Shown here: positions 49,114 through 58,955 of the stretch, piece after piece
Numbering within the stretch: position 1 is the first letter of the stretch
Layout: every line of letters begins with the position of its first letter
IMG/VR virus record: IMGVR_UViG_3300025450_000013
Origin: a virus
Strand: one strand, 5' to 3'
DNA length: 64,000 bases
The notes under the pieces: generated by a model
What the model was told of the DNA's origin: nothing
What the model saw: only the letters and a program-made list of their open reading frames with translations
The model's database searches: none
Made by a program: the position numbers and the translations under genes

Positions 49114-50490
49114 TTATTGTGTTGTTACCGAGAAAGATGAAGCTGCTTGTTGTAGAATAGAGGTTACATCTCCACCTTGTTGTGTTGTTTTATTTACTTG
49201 ATTTTGTGTTTGTGCATTATCATTTGATGTTAGGTCTTGGTGTAGTTGTTTAGCATTTTGTTCTTGTGTCATTGCCAAACGTTTCCACATTTCTTGCATA
49301 GTTTGAGATGCTGTACCGAATATGCTACCAAAAGATGAACTGCCAGATCCTCCTCCACCTCCACTAGATGATGCAGGAGCACTAACTGCGGCACCACCTC
49401 CACCTGTATTAGGGCTAAAATAAGTATTAGCATAATGTATTTGAGAATTAGCATTTGCATAGGTTACTGTAATATATCCGTTTGAATAAACCTTTTGTGT
49501 ACCGACACCCCACGCATTGTCTATCTGAACCAAAACAGTATCAAGAGGTTCGCTTAATGTAGAATCCCACTGTAGTTGTTGTAGGACATTCATAAGGTCA
49601 TCAATATTAGTAACCTGACTTAGTAATTGAACCGCACTTTCTAAATATGAACCATAGTGAACTGCACCACCTACAACATATCCAACACCACTTGTTTCAT
49701 GTGATTGAATTAATAAACTAAGACTATTAAGAGCAGCCTGCATATTTGGAGGAAGTGCATCTAAGATATCCTGAAAATAACTCTGGCCATTTCCTAATCC
49801 ACCACCGGAACCAGCATTACCACCACCTCCACCAGAACCATTTTTCATTAGACCTTGGAACATTTGACCTAAGGACATAAGTTGCCCTGGTAATTGTTCC
49901 AACATGGAGTCTGTCATCATTTGGTCGTTGGTTTGTTTAGCCGTTGGAATATTAGGCAATTCTGGTAATCTAAAACCGGACATGTTAAACAAAGCGCCGT
50001 GATTAGGTAGACCATCTAATAAACTTAAACTATGTTGTTGACCTAATTCTTCAATCATACGAACAGCAACGCCGTCTCTAGGGCTTGTTTGTTCTACAAT
50101 TTTAGGGGGAATATTAACATTAATTGTTTGATTAATTAATTCTTGGACAGCACCGGTGATAAGGCTTTGACCACCACCTGCACCCTGGCCTGCACCACTA
50201 TTTCTCATAGCATTGGCTTGACCTAAAATAATACCACCATTTTGGCCTAGACCTTTAAGATAATATACCATAGAACCTGGATCCATAACACCAGGAAATG
50301 ATTGCTGACCGGTCTGTGTAGGATTTAATGCAGAACCCCATAATCCTAGGTCTTCATTATTAACATCTGGGCCATGGTCACAACTACGAACGGATTGATT
50401 ACAAGCATGGGACTTATCTTCATCCACATTTGCTGTAAATCCAATTCTTACTGCACCTTGTAATCTGCTAATCAGATCATCGTCGGCCAT
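49114..50490 (-). CDS. Baseplate hub protein, possible gp5 N-terminal (OB-fold-like) part
   Basis: Position between hub and gp5-C; short N-terminal beta region ending GIILGQ; Gly/Gln-rich remainder. Confidence 0.45.
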   Translation of the reverse strand: MADDDLISRLQGAVRIGFTANVDEDKSHACNQSVRSCDHGPDVNNEDLGLWGSALNPTQTGQQSFPGVMDPGSMVYYLKGLGQNGGIILGQANAMRNSGAGQGAGGGQSLITGAVQELINQTINVNIPPKIVEQTSPRDGVAVRMIEELGQQHSLSLLDGLPNHGALFNMSGFRLPELPNIPTAKQTNDQMMTDSMLEQLPGQLMSLGQMFQGLMKNGSGGGGGNAGSGGGLGNGQSYFQDILDALPPNMQAALNSLSLLIQSHETSGVGYVVGGAVHYGSYLESAVQLLSQVTNIDDLMNVLQQLQWDSTLSEPLDTVLVQIDNAWGVGTQKVYSNGYITVTYANANSQIHYANTYFSPNTGGGGAAVSAPASSSGGGGGSGSSSFGSIFGTASQTMQEMWKRLAMTQEQNAKQLHQDLTSNDNAQTQNQVNKTTQQGGDVTSILQQAASSFSVTTQ

Positions 50491-50505
50491 TAATATACTC
50501 CTATA

Positions 50506-51720
50506 TTAAGCATTTACTGTGTCTGTAATACAATCAAGTGTAGTGGTAGCAAAACCACCTAATTGTATGTTATGTTTTAGTGATACAATTAAATAATTAC
50601 CTGAACCGTATATAGGTGTGGCTACATTGTATGTTCTATCAGATTTATTAACCCAATTAAAACTTATCTTTTGGCCAACATGTAATTTAGAGTTCCAAGG
50701 AACGGTGATACGTAAAGCGATCTTATCTTTTTCCAATAGACCCATTCTAGCCTGTCTAAGAAGGAGATACTGTTCAACTCCAAGGTCACAACTGTTTTGC
50801 TGTTGAGAGGTACCTGAATTGGTTATTGCGGTCTTATGATTACCTTTACCAATACCACATCCACCTACAGAACCACCAAAAACATTTGCGTCTTGTGTCA
50901 TTGTATTAATGGTACTCAAACTATTACCACCAACTGCACCGTTCATTAAATCTGACAAATAATCAAAGACACATGGAAAACTGAAAGAGATTGCAAGGTT
51001 CATATTGTAAAGATCACCGTCACCTTCAGCATTTGAGAAATTAAATAAAGGAGAAGTACCTTGTATCAATTCTCCTAGTGATTTAAAATAGTGTATTGGT
51101 TCCCAGTTTTGAATATTACCACTATCATCCACCAGACCGTATGTCATATAATGGAGAAAAGATGGATCATCACCTCTATATAAAGCAACATTACATTGTT
51201 GTTGAACGACCTGGAATGGATGTATATTTTCTGCAATATAATCTCTGGCCGGGCCTGCTGAAGTTACTTTTAAATTTCTCTCAGGAACATTAGCACATGA
51301 CATTAGAGCATATTTGACAATCTCTGATGGTGCGGTACATTTCCATGATTTTGAAATTAAAGATTGAGCATCATTTAATAGTGACTCGTCACATGCATGG
51401 AGAGTTAATGTTTCGGTCTGACCTATGTTTACGTCCAATTCTCTATTGTCTATTCTGTATATTTTTTGCCTGGTATACATGGTTCTGGTTTCAAAACCAG
51501 TTTGGTCAGTCATGTTAATTGTCACATCTTTATTCTTATAATCACCCCAAATCTTTTGTGGATTACTATATGCCCATGACTGTAGGGTTATTGCGGTCTG
51601 TAACCCTGGTGTAAGCAGGCTTTCACCTAGTATTACCTCTTTTACAGTAATATCATTAAATGTTTGACCAGCAATACTTATTGTCGCATCAACTCGGAGG
51701 TTATCATAACTAGCCGGCAT
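50506..51720 (-). CDS. Baseplate hub protein (gp27-like)
   Basis: ESLLTPG, YRIDNR, ISKSW, HYFKSL..L, GSGNYLIVSLKH.I; position after gp53. Confidence 0.65.
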   Translation of the reverse strand: MPASYDNLRVDATISIAGQTFNDITVKEVILGESLLTPGLQTAITLQSWAYSNPQKIWGDYKNKDVTINMTDQTGFETRTMYTRQKIYRIDNRELDVNIGQTETLTLHACDESLLNDAQSLISKSWKCTAPSEIVKYALMSCANVPERNLKVTSAGPARDYIAENIHPFQVVQQQCNVALYRGDDPSFLHYMTYGLVDDSGNIQNWEPIHYFKSLGELIQGTSPLFNFSNAEGDGDLYNMNLAISFSFPCVFDYLSDLMNGAVGGNSLSTINTMTQDANVFGGSVGGCGIGKGNHKTAITNSGTSQQQNSCDLGVEQYLLLRQARMGLLEKDKIALRITVPWNSKLHVGQKISFNWVNKSDRTYNVATPIYGSGNYLIVSLKHNIQLGGFATTTLDCITDTVNA

Positions 51721-51721
51721 A

Positions 51722-52570
51722 TCAGAATCCTAATAGATAACGTGGTTGCTTTTTGGTAATATTTTTAAATTCATTCATAATTTGTGGATAATATTCCTGT
51801 TTGACAATCTTAATAAGTCTTTTTTTATCATTTTGTTGAAGTTCATAATCATACATACTAACAGATTGACCATCAACCGTAACCGTAATAGTTTTGTCGT
51901 CAATTTCAAATGTCTGATAACTTTTAATGGTCGGAATAGAACCAGACCTGGTGATCGTTTCAAGGTCGTCGTAGGTCAAGTCAGCTGTCATGAAAGGTCT
52001 TTCATAATCATCCGCGGTGAATATGTCACTGTCTGAAGTTCTATATGTTTGTGCGGTCCATGGTTTAAAGTAAGCATATGCTACACCTGGAACCTGGTTT
52101 GTTTTTCTTTTTGTATCTATAACAAAGTTTGTTGTAGATGAAGTTCCGAAAAATTGGTTAGTTCTGGTAATAGTCATCTCACAATGATGTATTGTTTCTT
52201 GAGCCTGTTCAACTGATCCATATTTGTCAATGATCATCTTTTTAAAAGCATCATAATTTAATGGCCAGTCAAACTGTGCATCAAAAATCTGATTGGCATA
52301 AAGAATAATCCAACCTGCTCCACGGTCATTATAAACTTGTTCAGCTAATACCTCAGGTGTGTCGGTATCCGAAATATTATAGACATAATAAGAAGATGTA
52401 TTATAAACTATATTCCTTAAAATAGAAAATCGGAAAAATATATCGGTTACTGTTTCGGTTGAACCTGAGGATCCTATTGTGCTATTGATATCATACTGTA
52501 TAGTTGGAAATAATCCAAATAGTGGAGTATTGGCGGATACAGTTGGTATAGCAGTGTTAGCAATTAACAT
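51722..52570 (-). CDS. gp53: Baseplate wedge subunit
   Basis: FPTIQYD, D.DTPEVLA..VY.D....WIIL.AN, DWPL, YDYE...ND.KR.IK. Confidence 0.88.
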   Translation of the reverse strand: MLIANTAIPTVSANTPLFGLFPTIQYDINSTIGSSGSTETVTDIFFRFSILRNIVYNTSSYYVYNISDTDTPEVLAEQVYNDRGAGWIILYANQIFDAQFDWPLNYDAFKKMIIDKYGSVEQAQETIHHCEMTITRTNQFFGTSSTTNFVIDTKRKTNQVPGVAYAYFKPWTAQTYRTSDSDIFTADDYERPFMTADLTYDDLETITRSGSIPTIKSYQTFEIDDKTITVTVDGQSVSMYDYELQQNDKKRLIKIVKQEYYPQIMNEFKNITKKQPRYLLGF

Positions 52571-52572
52571 CT

Positions 52573-53082
52573 TTACCTCTTAAATACCCAGTCTTCTACT
52601 GGGAGTTGGATTGCTTTATCAAACTCATCAACGTTAATCTCAATAAACTGAGACCTTACCTGCGTATAAAGATATCTTTTGATACAAGGTTTTGCCAAAG
52701 ACTCTAATCGTCTTGAACCTTGTAATAACTGATAACTCAATTTTAATCTGGTATTTTCATCCATCTTTTTATCATTAGCAAACTTCATCAATTGACCTAA
52801 TAATGCTTGGCGTTCTCTTATATTGAGATAGTGTAGGTTTAAACCAAGAAAACCATCTCCATACATTTCAATTGGAAATGCCATTGGAAACTTATCATAC
52901 TTTGCTAGTGTCGCCTTGCCTTTTGGATCATACTTAAAGAAGAATAACTTTCCAATAACAGTATCATCACGACCTCTTTGATCGGATGCCAATAATAGTT
53001 TACGGGCCTTAGGTGCCGCAGCATCCAAGGCCTTGTCAAATAACCACTTTTGTAGGTCTTTGGATGTATATTTTTCTGCCAT
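52573..53082 (-). CDS. gp2: DNA end protector protein
   Basis: FFKYDPKGK..L..YDKFP, GFLGLNLHYL, PCIKRYL. Confidence 0.92.
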   Translation of the reverse strand: MAEKYTSKDLQKWLFDKALDAAAPKARKLLLASDQRGRDDTVIGKLFFFKYDPKGKATLAKYDKFPMAFPIEMYGDGFLGLNLHYLNIRERQALLGQLMKFANDKKMDENTRLKLSYQLLQGSRRLESLAKPCIKRYLYTQVRSQFIEINVDEFDKAIQLPVEDWVFKR

Positions 53083-53087
53083 GTAGG

Positions 53088-53095
53088 TATTTATA
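53088..53095 (-). promoter_or_regulatory. T4-type late promoter TATAAATA
   Basis: Exact match immediately upstream of gp2 ATG (near-leaderless mRNA). Confidence 0.7.
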
Positions 53096-53542
53096 TCACT
53101 TTTTGAATAGGTCTGATTCCGTTATAACCTTAAATTCCCATCCTTTATGACGGCAATAGTCCTCTGCGGCCTTCCATTTGGCCTGATTAACACCATAAGT
53201 CATCACCTCGGTAATATATCTTTTAGTAGTCCTTTGTGGTCTTTTTGGTTCTTGGGTCTGGGCCTTTGGTTTCACCTCTAAAAGCATCTTACGTGTCTCA
53301 CCGTCTCTCCCAACCGCCTCCACATAAAAGTCCGTAAAGTATCGGTGGAGTTTATTATCTATCGGTGAGATATAAGGAATGACTATCTCTTCCGAACCCC
53401 AACGGACAATATTGGGGTTAGTGTCAAACATTTGCATACACCTATGTTCCCATCCGGAACGGTAAACAATGTTGGTCGGGTCTCCGATATATTTCTTAGG
53501 ATTCTGTGGCTTGAAGAAGCCTTGCTTGTAATGTGGTGCCAT
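53096..53542 (-). CDS. gp4: Head completion nuclease
   Basis: KQG.FKP.NPKKY.GD..NIVYRS.WE, HRYF.DF, EVKP..QT, N.AKW.AA; start at ATG 53542 (ORF-track extension overlaps gp48). Confidence 0.93.
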   Translation of the reverse strand: MAPHYKQGFFKPQNPKKYIGDPTNIVYRSGWEHRCMQMFDTNPNIVRWGSEEIVIPYISPIDNKLHRYFTDFYVEAVGRDGETRKMLLEVKPKAQTQEPKRPQRTTKRYITEVMTYGVNQAKWKAAEDYCRHKGWEFKVITESDLFKK

Positions 53543-53572
53543 AAATACTATGTAGCATTTCCGGAGGAATAA

Positions 53573-54367
53573 ATGGCAATAAATGTACCAAATAATGGGC
53601 CAACTGGTAGAACTATATTTCAGTTTCCACAAGATTTGGGTAGTGCAACTCAAGGTCACTGGATGCTTATTAGTGCAAAAGCAACTGGCAGTGATCAAAC
53701 GATAGCATCGGTTGCTCTATTCATGCCTGGTCAATCAGGTGGTAGTAACATTGTAATTTCTTCAAACCATGAATATGCTGAATCTAAATTGACAAAAGTA
53801 GCATTGGATATGGCCTCTAATATTCCTATTGTAGGTACTGCGATAGGTGCTTTAGGTAATGCGGCCGCAGGTGCAGCACCAATGGTTGGTGGTGCTATCA
53901 ATCCAAAGGTTGAGGTTTTATATAGAGATACCTCCCTTAGAGATTTTGAATTTAATTTAATACTAGCACCAACTTCATCAGATGAATCCGATAATTTAAA
54001 AAATATTGTCAAAACGCTTAGAATGTTTGCGGCACCAACACTTGTAGGTGGAAGTAGTGACCCAAGAGCAAGTTATATTGGTGTAGCAAATCAGTTTGAT
54101 TATCTTGGTACAAGTGGTGGTGGAATATTTACCACACCTAATGAATTTATTATTCAGTTTTTCTATTTGGATCAAAATGGTAATCAAGTAGAAAACTTAA
54201 ACATACCAAAGATAGGTAGATGTGTGCTTACTTATATTCAATTAACATACAATCCAAATTCAGAATGGAATACATTCTTTGATGGTAATCCATTATCAGC
54301 TCAGCTATACATGAAATTCAAAGAAATGCGTGTTATTGATAGCAGCAACATAGCACAAGGTTACTAA
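53573..54367 (+). CDS. gp48: Baseplate tail-tube cap
   Basis: FP.DL, ALFMP, INP..EVLY....LR.F.F...L.P....E, PKIGRCVLT.I..Y.P, FKE. Confidence 0.88.
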   Translation: MAINVPNNGPTGRTIFQFPQDLGSATQGHWMLISAKATGSDQTIASVALFMPGQSGGSNIVISSNHEYAESKLTKVALDMASNIPIVGTAIGALGNAAAGAAPMVGGAINPKVEVLYRDTSLRDFEFNLILAPTSSDESDNLKNIVKTLRMFAAPTLVGGSSDPRASYIGVANQFDYLGTSGGGIFTTPNEFIIQFFYLDQNGNQVENLNIPKIGRCVLTYIQLTYNPNSEWNTFFDGNPLSAQLYMKFKEMRVIDSSNIAQGY

Positions 54368-54368
54368 C

Positions 54369-54992
54369 ATGGGAACATATTCAGCAACTAATCTTCCATC
54401 CAATCTATCATTAAATGATTTAAAGTCAGCAGCCGATAATGCTGGTCAATATGCTAAGTCGTGTCGTTTTGTTGTTATTGTTCAACCACAAGGTAATAGT
54501 GTTTTAAATCTTATGAATGGTACAAGAGATTTCATTTATATGTGTGAAGCAGTAGAATTTCCTGGTCGTGGTTTTGACGTAACACAAGTCCGTTATAATG
54601 GACCTTCTCAGGTGTTTCCGAGTAATGTTATGTACCAACAGGCCACACTATCTTTTATCTGTAGAACGCAAAGCCCAGAGCGAGCCTTTTTTGACGATTG
54701 GATGGACATTATAAATCCTACATCAAATTGGAATTATGAATATGCTGACAACTATTATGGATCTATTAAGATTTACCAATTAGCAGAATATGCACAAAAA
54801 CCTGATTGGAACTACATCAATGATCCTAATCATAATCCTCAGAATCCATTGGCAACATATGGATGGGCTTTAAATAAGGCCTGGCCTACATTGGTAGCAC
54901 CACAACAAGTCACATGGGCCGACCAAGACATTCTAAGATTACAAGTAACATTCGCTTACAAGTATTGGGATAGACCAGATTATAAAAAATAA
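54369..54992 (+). CDS. gp54: Tail tube initiator (gp54/gp19-like)
   Basis: MCEAVEFPGR, FFDDWMD.I, AWP..V....TW, LQVTFAYKYW; follows gp48. Confidence 0.75.
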   Translation: MGTYSATNLPSNLSLNDLKSAADNAGQYAKSCRFVVIVQPQGNSVLNLMNGTRDFIYMCEAVEFPGRGFDVTQVRYNGPSQVFPSNVMYQQATLSFICRTQSPERAFFDDWMDIINPTSNWNYEYADNYYGSIKIYQLAEYAQKPDWNYINDPNHNPQNPLATYGWALNKAWPTLVAPQQVTWADQDILRLQVTFAYKYWDRPDYKK

Positions 54993-55003
54993 TGGAGTAA
55001 ATT

Positions 55004-55723
55004 ATGTTACCTAAGATTGATATGCCAACATATGAAATTGAAATACCATCTAATAAAGAAAAGATTACGGTAAGGCCATTTACAGTTAAAGAGGAAAAAC
55101 TCCTGCTAATGGCTATGGAGTCAAAAGATGTAAATGAGATTATTAACACTGTTAAACAAGTTATTAATAACTGTATTATCAAAGGTGAGGTAAGTGTTGA
55201 TAAATTACCATTCTTTGATATTGATTTTTTGTTTATCTTTCTAAGGGCCAAATCTATTGGTGAATCCATAGAAGTAAACCTAACATGCAATAATGAATTG
55301 GAAGGTAAAGTATGTGGTAACGTTTTTCCTGCTATGATGGATATTGCTAAGTGTGAGATTGTATATCCTGAACAGGTCAGCCCTGACATTAAATTAAATG
55401 CAAAACAAGGTGTTAAAATGAGATATCCAAACTATGCTGCAATGAAAAGAGTGGAGTTTGGTAACGAGGTAGATGCTAAGACAAATACCATTGTAGGTGC
55501 TATTGACCATATTCATGATGCTAAAGGGATGTATTCTTATAAGGACTATTCCAAAGAGGAACTAAAAGAATTTGTGGAAGGTTTAACTGAAGCAAACTAT
55601 AACCAGATGATGGAGTTTGTTGATAACTTTCCAACATTTGTAGTGAAGATGGAGGCCACTTGTGATAAATGTGGATTCCATCATGTCGTGAGGTATACAG
55701 ATTTCTATGATTTTTTTATGTGA
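55004..55723 (+). CDS. gp26: Baseplate hub subunit
   Basis: LPKI..PTY...IPS, RPF.VKEEK.LLMA.ES, FD....F..LRAKSIGE, terminal C..C and DFF. Confidence 0.92.
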   Translation: MLPKIDMPTYEIEIPSNKEKITVRPFTVKEEKLLLMAMESKDVNEIINTVKQVINNCIIKGEVSVDKLPFFDIDFLFIFLRAKSIGESIEVNLTCNNELEGKVCGNVFPAMMDIAKCEIVYPEQVSPDIKLNAKQGVKMRYPNYAAMKRVEFGNEVDAKTNTIVGAIDHIHDAKGMYSYKDYSKEELKEFVEGLTEANYNQMMEFVDNFPTFVVKMEATCDKCGFHHVVRYTDFYDFFM

Positions 55724-55944
55724 TAATGGGCCACGATAAACTGGCCAATCATTATAAAACCCAGTTTGGTTTGGTTCAACATCACCACTGGGATTTGACC
55801 ACACTGGAAGAAATGATGCCATGGGAACGATACATATATGTTGATCTATTACATGCCTTCCTTAAAGAAGAGGAACAAAAGGCTAAAGACCGTGAGAATG
55901 AATTGAGAAATAGATATAATCACGCTAACCGGAAAAGAATGTAA
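55720..55944 (+). CDS. gp51: Baseplate hub assembly catalyst
   Basis: YKTQF.LVQHH.W.L..LE.MMPWER.IYV.LL. Confidence 0.9.
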   Translation: MIMGHDKLANHYKTQFGLVQHHHWDLTTLEEMMPWERYIYVDLLHAFLKEEEQKAKDRENELRNRYNHANRKRM

Positions 55945-58907
55945 TGGCCAACAAGGTAAATAAATCGGTATTCAAAGCACTAAAGAAAATAACACCAGCA
56001 AGACGACCACAGATAGCATCAAGCCCTGTAGGTAAATCTATGCTGGCTCTATTAACACCTTCTGAGTTTGCTGATCTATTTCCAAAACAATACGAAAAAG
56101 CATTACCTGACGTAGCAGGTTTTCGTGAAGCCATATCCAAAAAATCTCAGCAAAAGCAACAAGACATTTTAACTGGTCTGGCTTCTGGTGGTGGTACAAC
56201 TGTAGACCAAGCAGAAAAGGTTGGCCGTACCATCAGAGAAGGTGGTACTGGAGGTGGATATGCAGGAGGAAAAGGTGGTGGTGTTCCAAATGTAGATAAC
56301 ATGACTGAATCCGAGAAAAACTTTTTAGGTTTGGTTTTAAAATATGAATCAGGAAACAGAAATATTCCTAATTATATTAATGATAAAACACATACTGCAC
56401 AAGGATACTTTCAGTTAACCAATACAAATTGGAGAAACATTGCACCCAAATTAGGCATCACCTCACCAAACGCCATGTCTGCAACGAAAGAAGAACAAAC
56501 AAGAGTTGCATTAGCACTGTTGCGCCAGACCGGCCAAGGAAACTGGACAAGTTTTAATCCATCATTAAACGCCGCGGTGAGAAGAGGAGAAGTAGCACAA
56601 TACGATGTTCCTGATACAGGTGCAACACCATCTGGTCCAGGTCAAGGTACAACAACTACCGACTTTTCAAAGTATGCATTGAACAGAGGAGTTAATAATT
56701 ATCAAGGTGAGTGTGGTGTAGGTACCAGAAAAATGGCCGCAAGAATGTTTGGCTATGATGGGTTTGATAGTAAAGGTTTGGGTGGTAATGCACATACATT
56801 ATCAGAAGGCAACACCTATTTCCAAGATTCCGGTTTATTTCATGCTGGTAAACCTGTTCATAACGGAGCACTTACACAACAATACTTGGATAGCCTACCA
56901 ATTGGTACCGTTGTATCATCATCAGGTGGTAATGCATCGGGTCAAGGTCACGTTCAGATTAAAATAGGACCTGGTAAATGGGCATCCGATACTGTTCAAA
57001 GTGGATTTTTAGGACCAGACCATGGATATAATAACTTTATGGTTCACATGCCTAATGAACAAGGTATGGCCAGATTACAGCAACACGGTGTTCAAACAAG
57101 TTATACAACACCAGATCAACAACCTACGGTAAATGTTAAACCAACTCAACAAGCAGCACCACCTACTCCACCTACGGTAGCACCTAGTGTTGCTCCACCG
57201 CCACCTGAAATTAAAGATGATGGTAGAAATACCAAATCTGCTACGGTTAATAAACCAGCGGGCCCAAAATCTTTTGATCTAAGTCGTTCAGGATTAATTT
57301 CTGCGGTCAAAAAAACCGATGAATTTAAGAATACATGGGGTTCATCTTTAGCATCAGATGACCAGATTTATAATGGGTTCTTAGATAATCCAGATGTGCA
57401 AGCAATACTAGCAAAAACTAAAACAACTGTAGACCGTCAAACAGGTAGAGTTACATCCGAAAAACCTGAAGAATTGATGAAATCTTTTGGTGTGGATACA
57501 AAAGGTGTTTTAATACCTAGAAGTGATAAAAGGTCGGATGTAAAATCCAATAAACAAACTGCTTCATTATCCTCTGACGAAGATTATTTGACAAGGATGA
57601 GAAAGAGAGACCTTGCTAATAATGCACAATATGCTATGAATGATACTGGTACTATGAGTGATGCTAGCCCTACAGTTTCAACCAAACAGAATAAAATTGT
57701 AGAGGTGCTTGAAGCAGGAAAAGGATATACAACTGTAAAATATGAAGATGGTCGTGTAGAAAAAAGAACTGGCCATTTCGGATGGCGTCAGAATAATCCT
57801 GGTAATATTGTATATACCGGTTCAGATTGGCAAAAAGAACTTGGTGCAATGCCTGGTGGTGCTAAGAAAGGTGCACCTGGAAAATTTGCTGTATTTCCGA
57901 CTCCTGAAGCCGGTCATAAAGCAAGAGAACATTTAATGTTTGAATCCGATTCTTATAAAAATCTAACGATTGATAAAGCAATAGATAGATATGCTCCTCG
58001 TAGAGAGAATCCGCAGAACCCAAGATATAAAACGGAGACTGCGAAAGCCGCAGGTGTTCATACTGGTTACAGAATGGGTGACCTTAATGCTGAACAACGA
58101 CAGGCATTTATGGAGACACAACATAGGCTTGAAGGTAATAAAGTTGGAAAAATTGATGTGTTGCAAGAAGGTACTCCTTCATCAGAGATAGCTGCTGCAC
58201 CACAATCAACTCCACCTATTCCAACACCTACACCACAAACTCCGCCTACTATTATGGACAGACTTAAAAGTGCGGAACAGAAGGTTGCTGGTACAGTTCA
58301 AAAGACTATTGGTATTAGCCCTGCGGAAGCAGCAACTAAACCAACAGCAACGGTACAAGCACCTACACCTGCACCAGCACCTGCTCCACCTCCACAAGCA
58401 CAACCTGGAAAACCTGATGAAGCATCACAACAAAACTTCCTAAGATCACAAGGAATACCTGGTGCTTCAGGTGGTGGTTCATTTAATGTTGGTGGTGATG
58501 TTTCTTTCTATCCAATGGACAAGAGAGATAACATGGCTGCGGTTGATACTAAAACTCAACAGCCTTTGTTTACTGCTAGAGGTGGTGAGAGAATAGATGT
58601 GACACCATCACCTAAGGTTAGAGGTGAAATGGGACCATCAAATAATGGATTAAGAAGTGAATTTGAAGCATTGCATAGTAAAATAGATAACGCACCTCCT
58701 GTCACTGCTGAACCACCAAGAACATCAATGAGACAGACAACCTCTGAAAGAAGTCAGACACCAAATTTAAATGACCGTTTAGTTAAACAAAATGAAAAAG
58801 GTCAATGGTTGAATCCAACTTTTGACCGTGCAATGAATAGAACACGTTTGAAGGAAACAGGTGACAATCTCAACGGTCACTTCTCAGGTGGTAATAGCAA
58901 CTATTAA
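55944..58907 (+). CDS. Tape-measure/gp29-position protein with multiple peptidoglycan hydrolase-like domains
   Basis: Follows gp26-gp51; lysozyme-like YESGNRN..TAQGYFQ.T..NW; CHAP-like GECG..GHVQI..W.SD; RQNNPGNI..FA.F.T.E.G domain; Pro-rich linkers. Confidence 0.7.
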   Translation: MANKVNKSVFKALKKITPARRPQIASSPVGKSMLALLTPSEFADLFPKQYEKALPDVAGFREAISKKSQQKQQDILTGLASGGGTTVDQAEKVGRTIREGGTGGGYAGGKGGGVPNVDNMTESEKNFLGLVLKYESGNRNIPNYINDKTHTAQGYFQLTNTNWRNIAPKLGITSPNAMSATKEEQTRVALALLRQTGQGNWTSFNPSLNAAVRRGEVAQYDVPDTGATPSGPGQGTTTTDFSKYALNRGVNNYQGECGVGTRKMAARMFGYDGFDSKGLGGNAHTLSEGNTYFQDSGLFHAGKPVHNGALTQQYLDSLPIGTVVSSSGGNASGQGHVQIKIGPGKWASDTVQSGFLGPDHGYNNFMVHMPNEQGMARLQQHGVQTSYTTPDQQPTVNVKPTQQAAPPTPPTVAPSVAPPPPEIKDDGRNTKSATVNKPAGPKSFDLSRSGLISAVKKTDEFKNTWGSSLASDDQIYNGFLDNPDVQAILAKTKTTVDRQTGRVTSEKPEELMKSFGVDTKGVLIPRSDKRSDVKSNKQTASLSSDEDYLTRMRKRDLANNAQYAMNDTGTMSDASPTVSTKQNKIVEVLEAGKGYTTVKYEDGRVEKRTGHFGWRQNNPGNIVYTGSDWQKELGAMPGGAKKGAPGKFAVFPTPEAGHKAREHLMFESDSYKNLTIDKAIDRYAPRRENPQNPRYKTETAKAAGVHTGYRMGDLNAEQRQAFMETQHRLEGNKVGKIDVLQEGTPSSEIAAAPQSTPPIPTPTPQTPPTIMDRLKSAEQKVAGTVQKTIGISPAEAATKPTATVQAPTPAPAPAPPPQAQPGKPDEASQQNFLRSQGIPGASGGGSFNVGGDVSFYPMDKRDNMAAVDTKTQQPLFTARGGERIDVTPSPKVRGEMGPSNNGLRSEFEALHSKIDNAPPVTAEPPRTSMRQTTSERSQTPNLNDRLVKQNEKGQWLNPTFDRAMNRTRLKETGDNLNGHFSGGNSNY

Positions 58908-58935
58908 AAAAAAAGGGGCCCATAGGCCCCTTCTT
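58906..58935. terminator. Bidirectional intrinsic terminator between convergent genes
   Basis: A9-GGGGCC-CATA-GGCCCC-TTCTT; strong U-tract on minus strand. Confidence 0.85.
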
Positions 58936-58955
58936 AATACTCATCTTGTAAAGTC

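Noticed and set aside
53543-53698. N-terminal extension of gp4 in the ORF track
   Set aside because: Overlaps divergent gp48; gp4 similarity begins at ATG 53542
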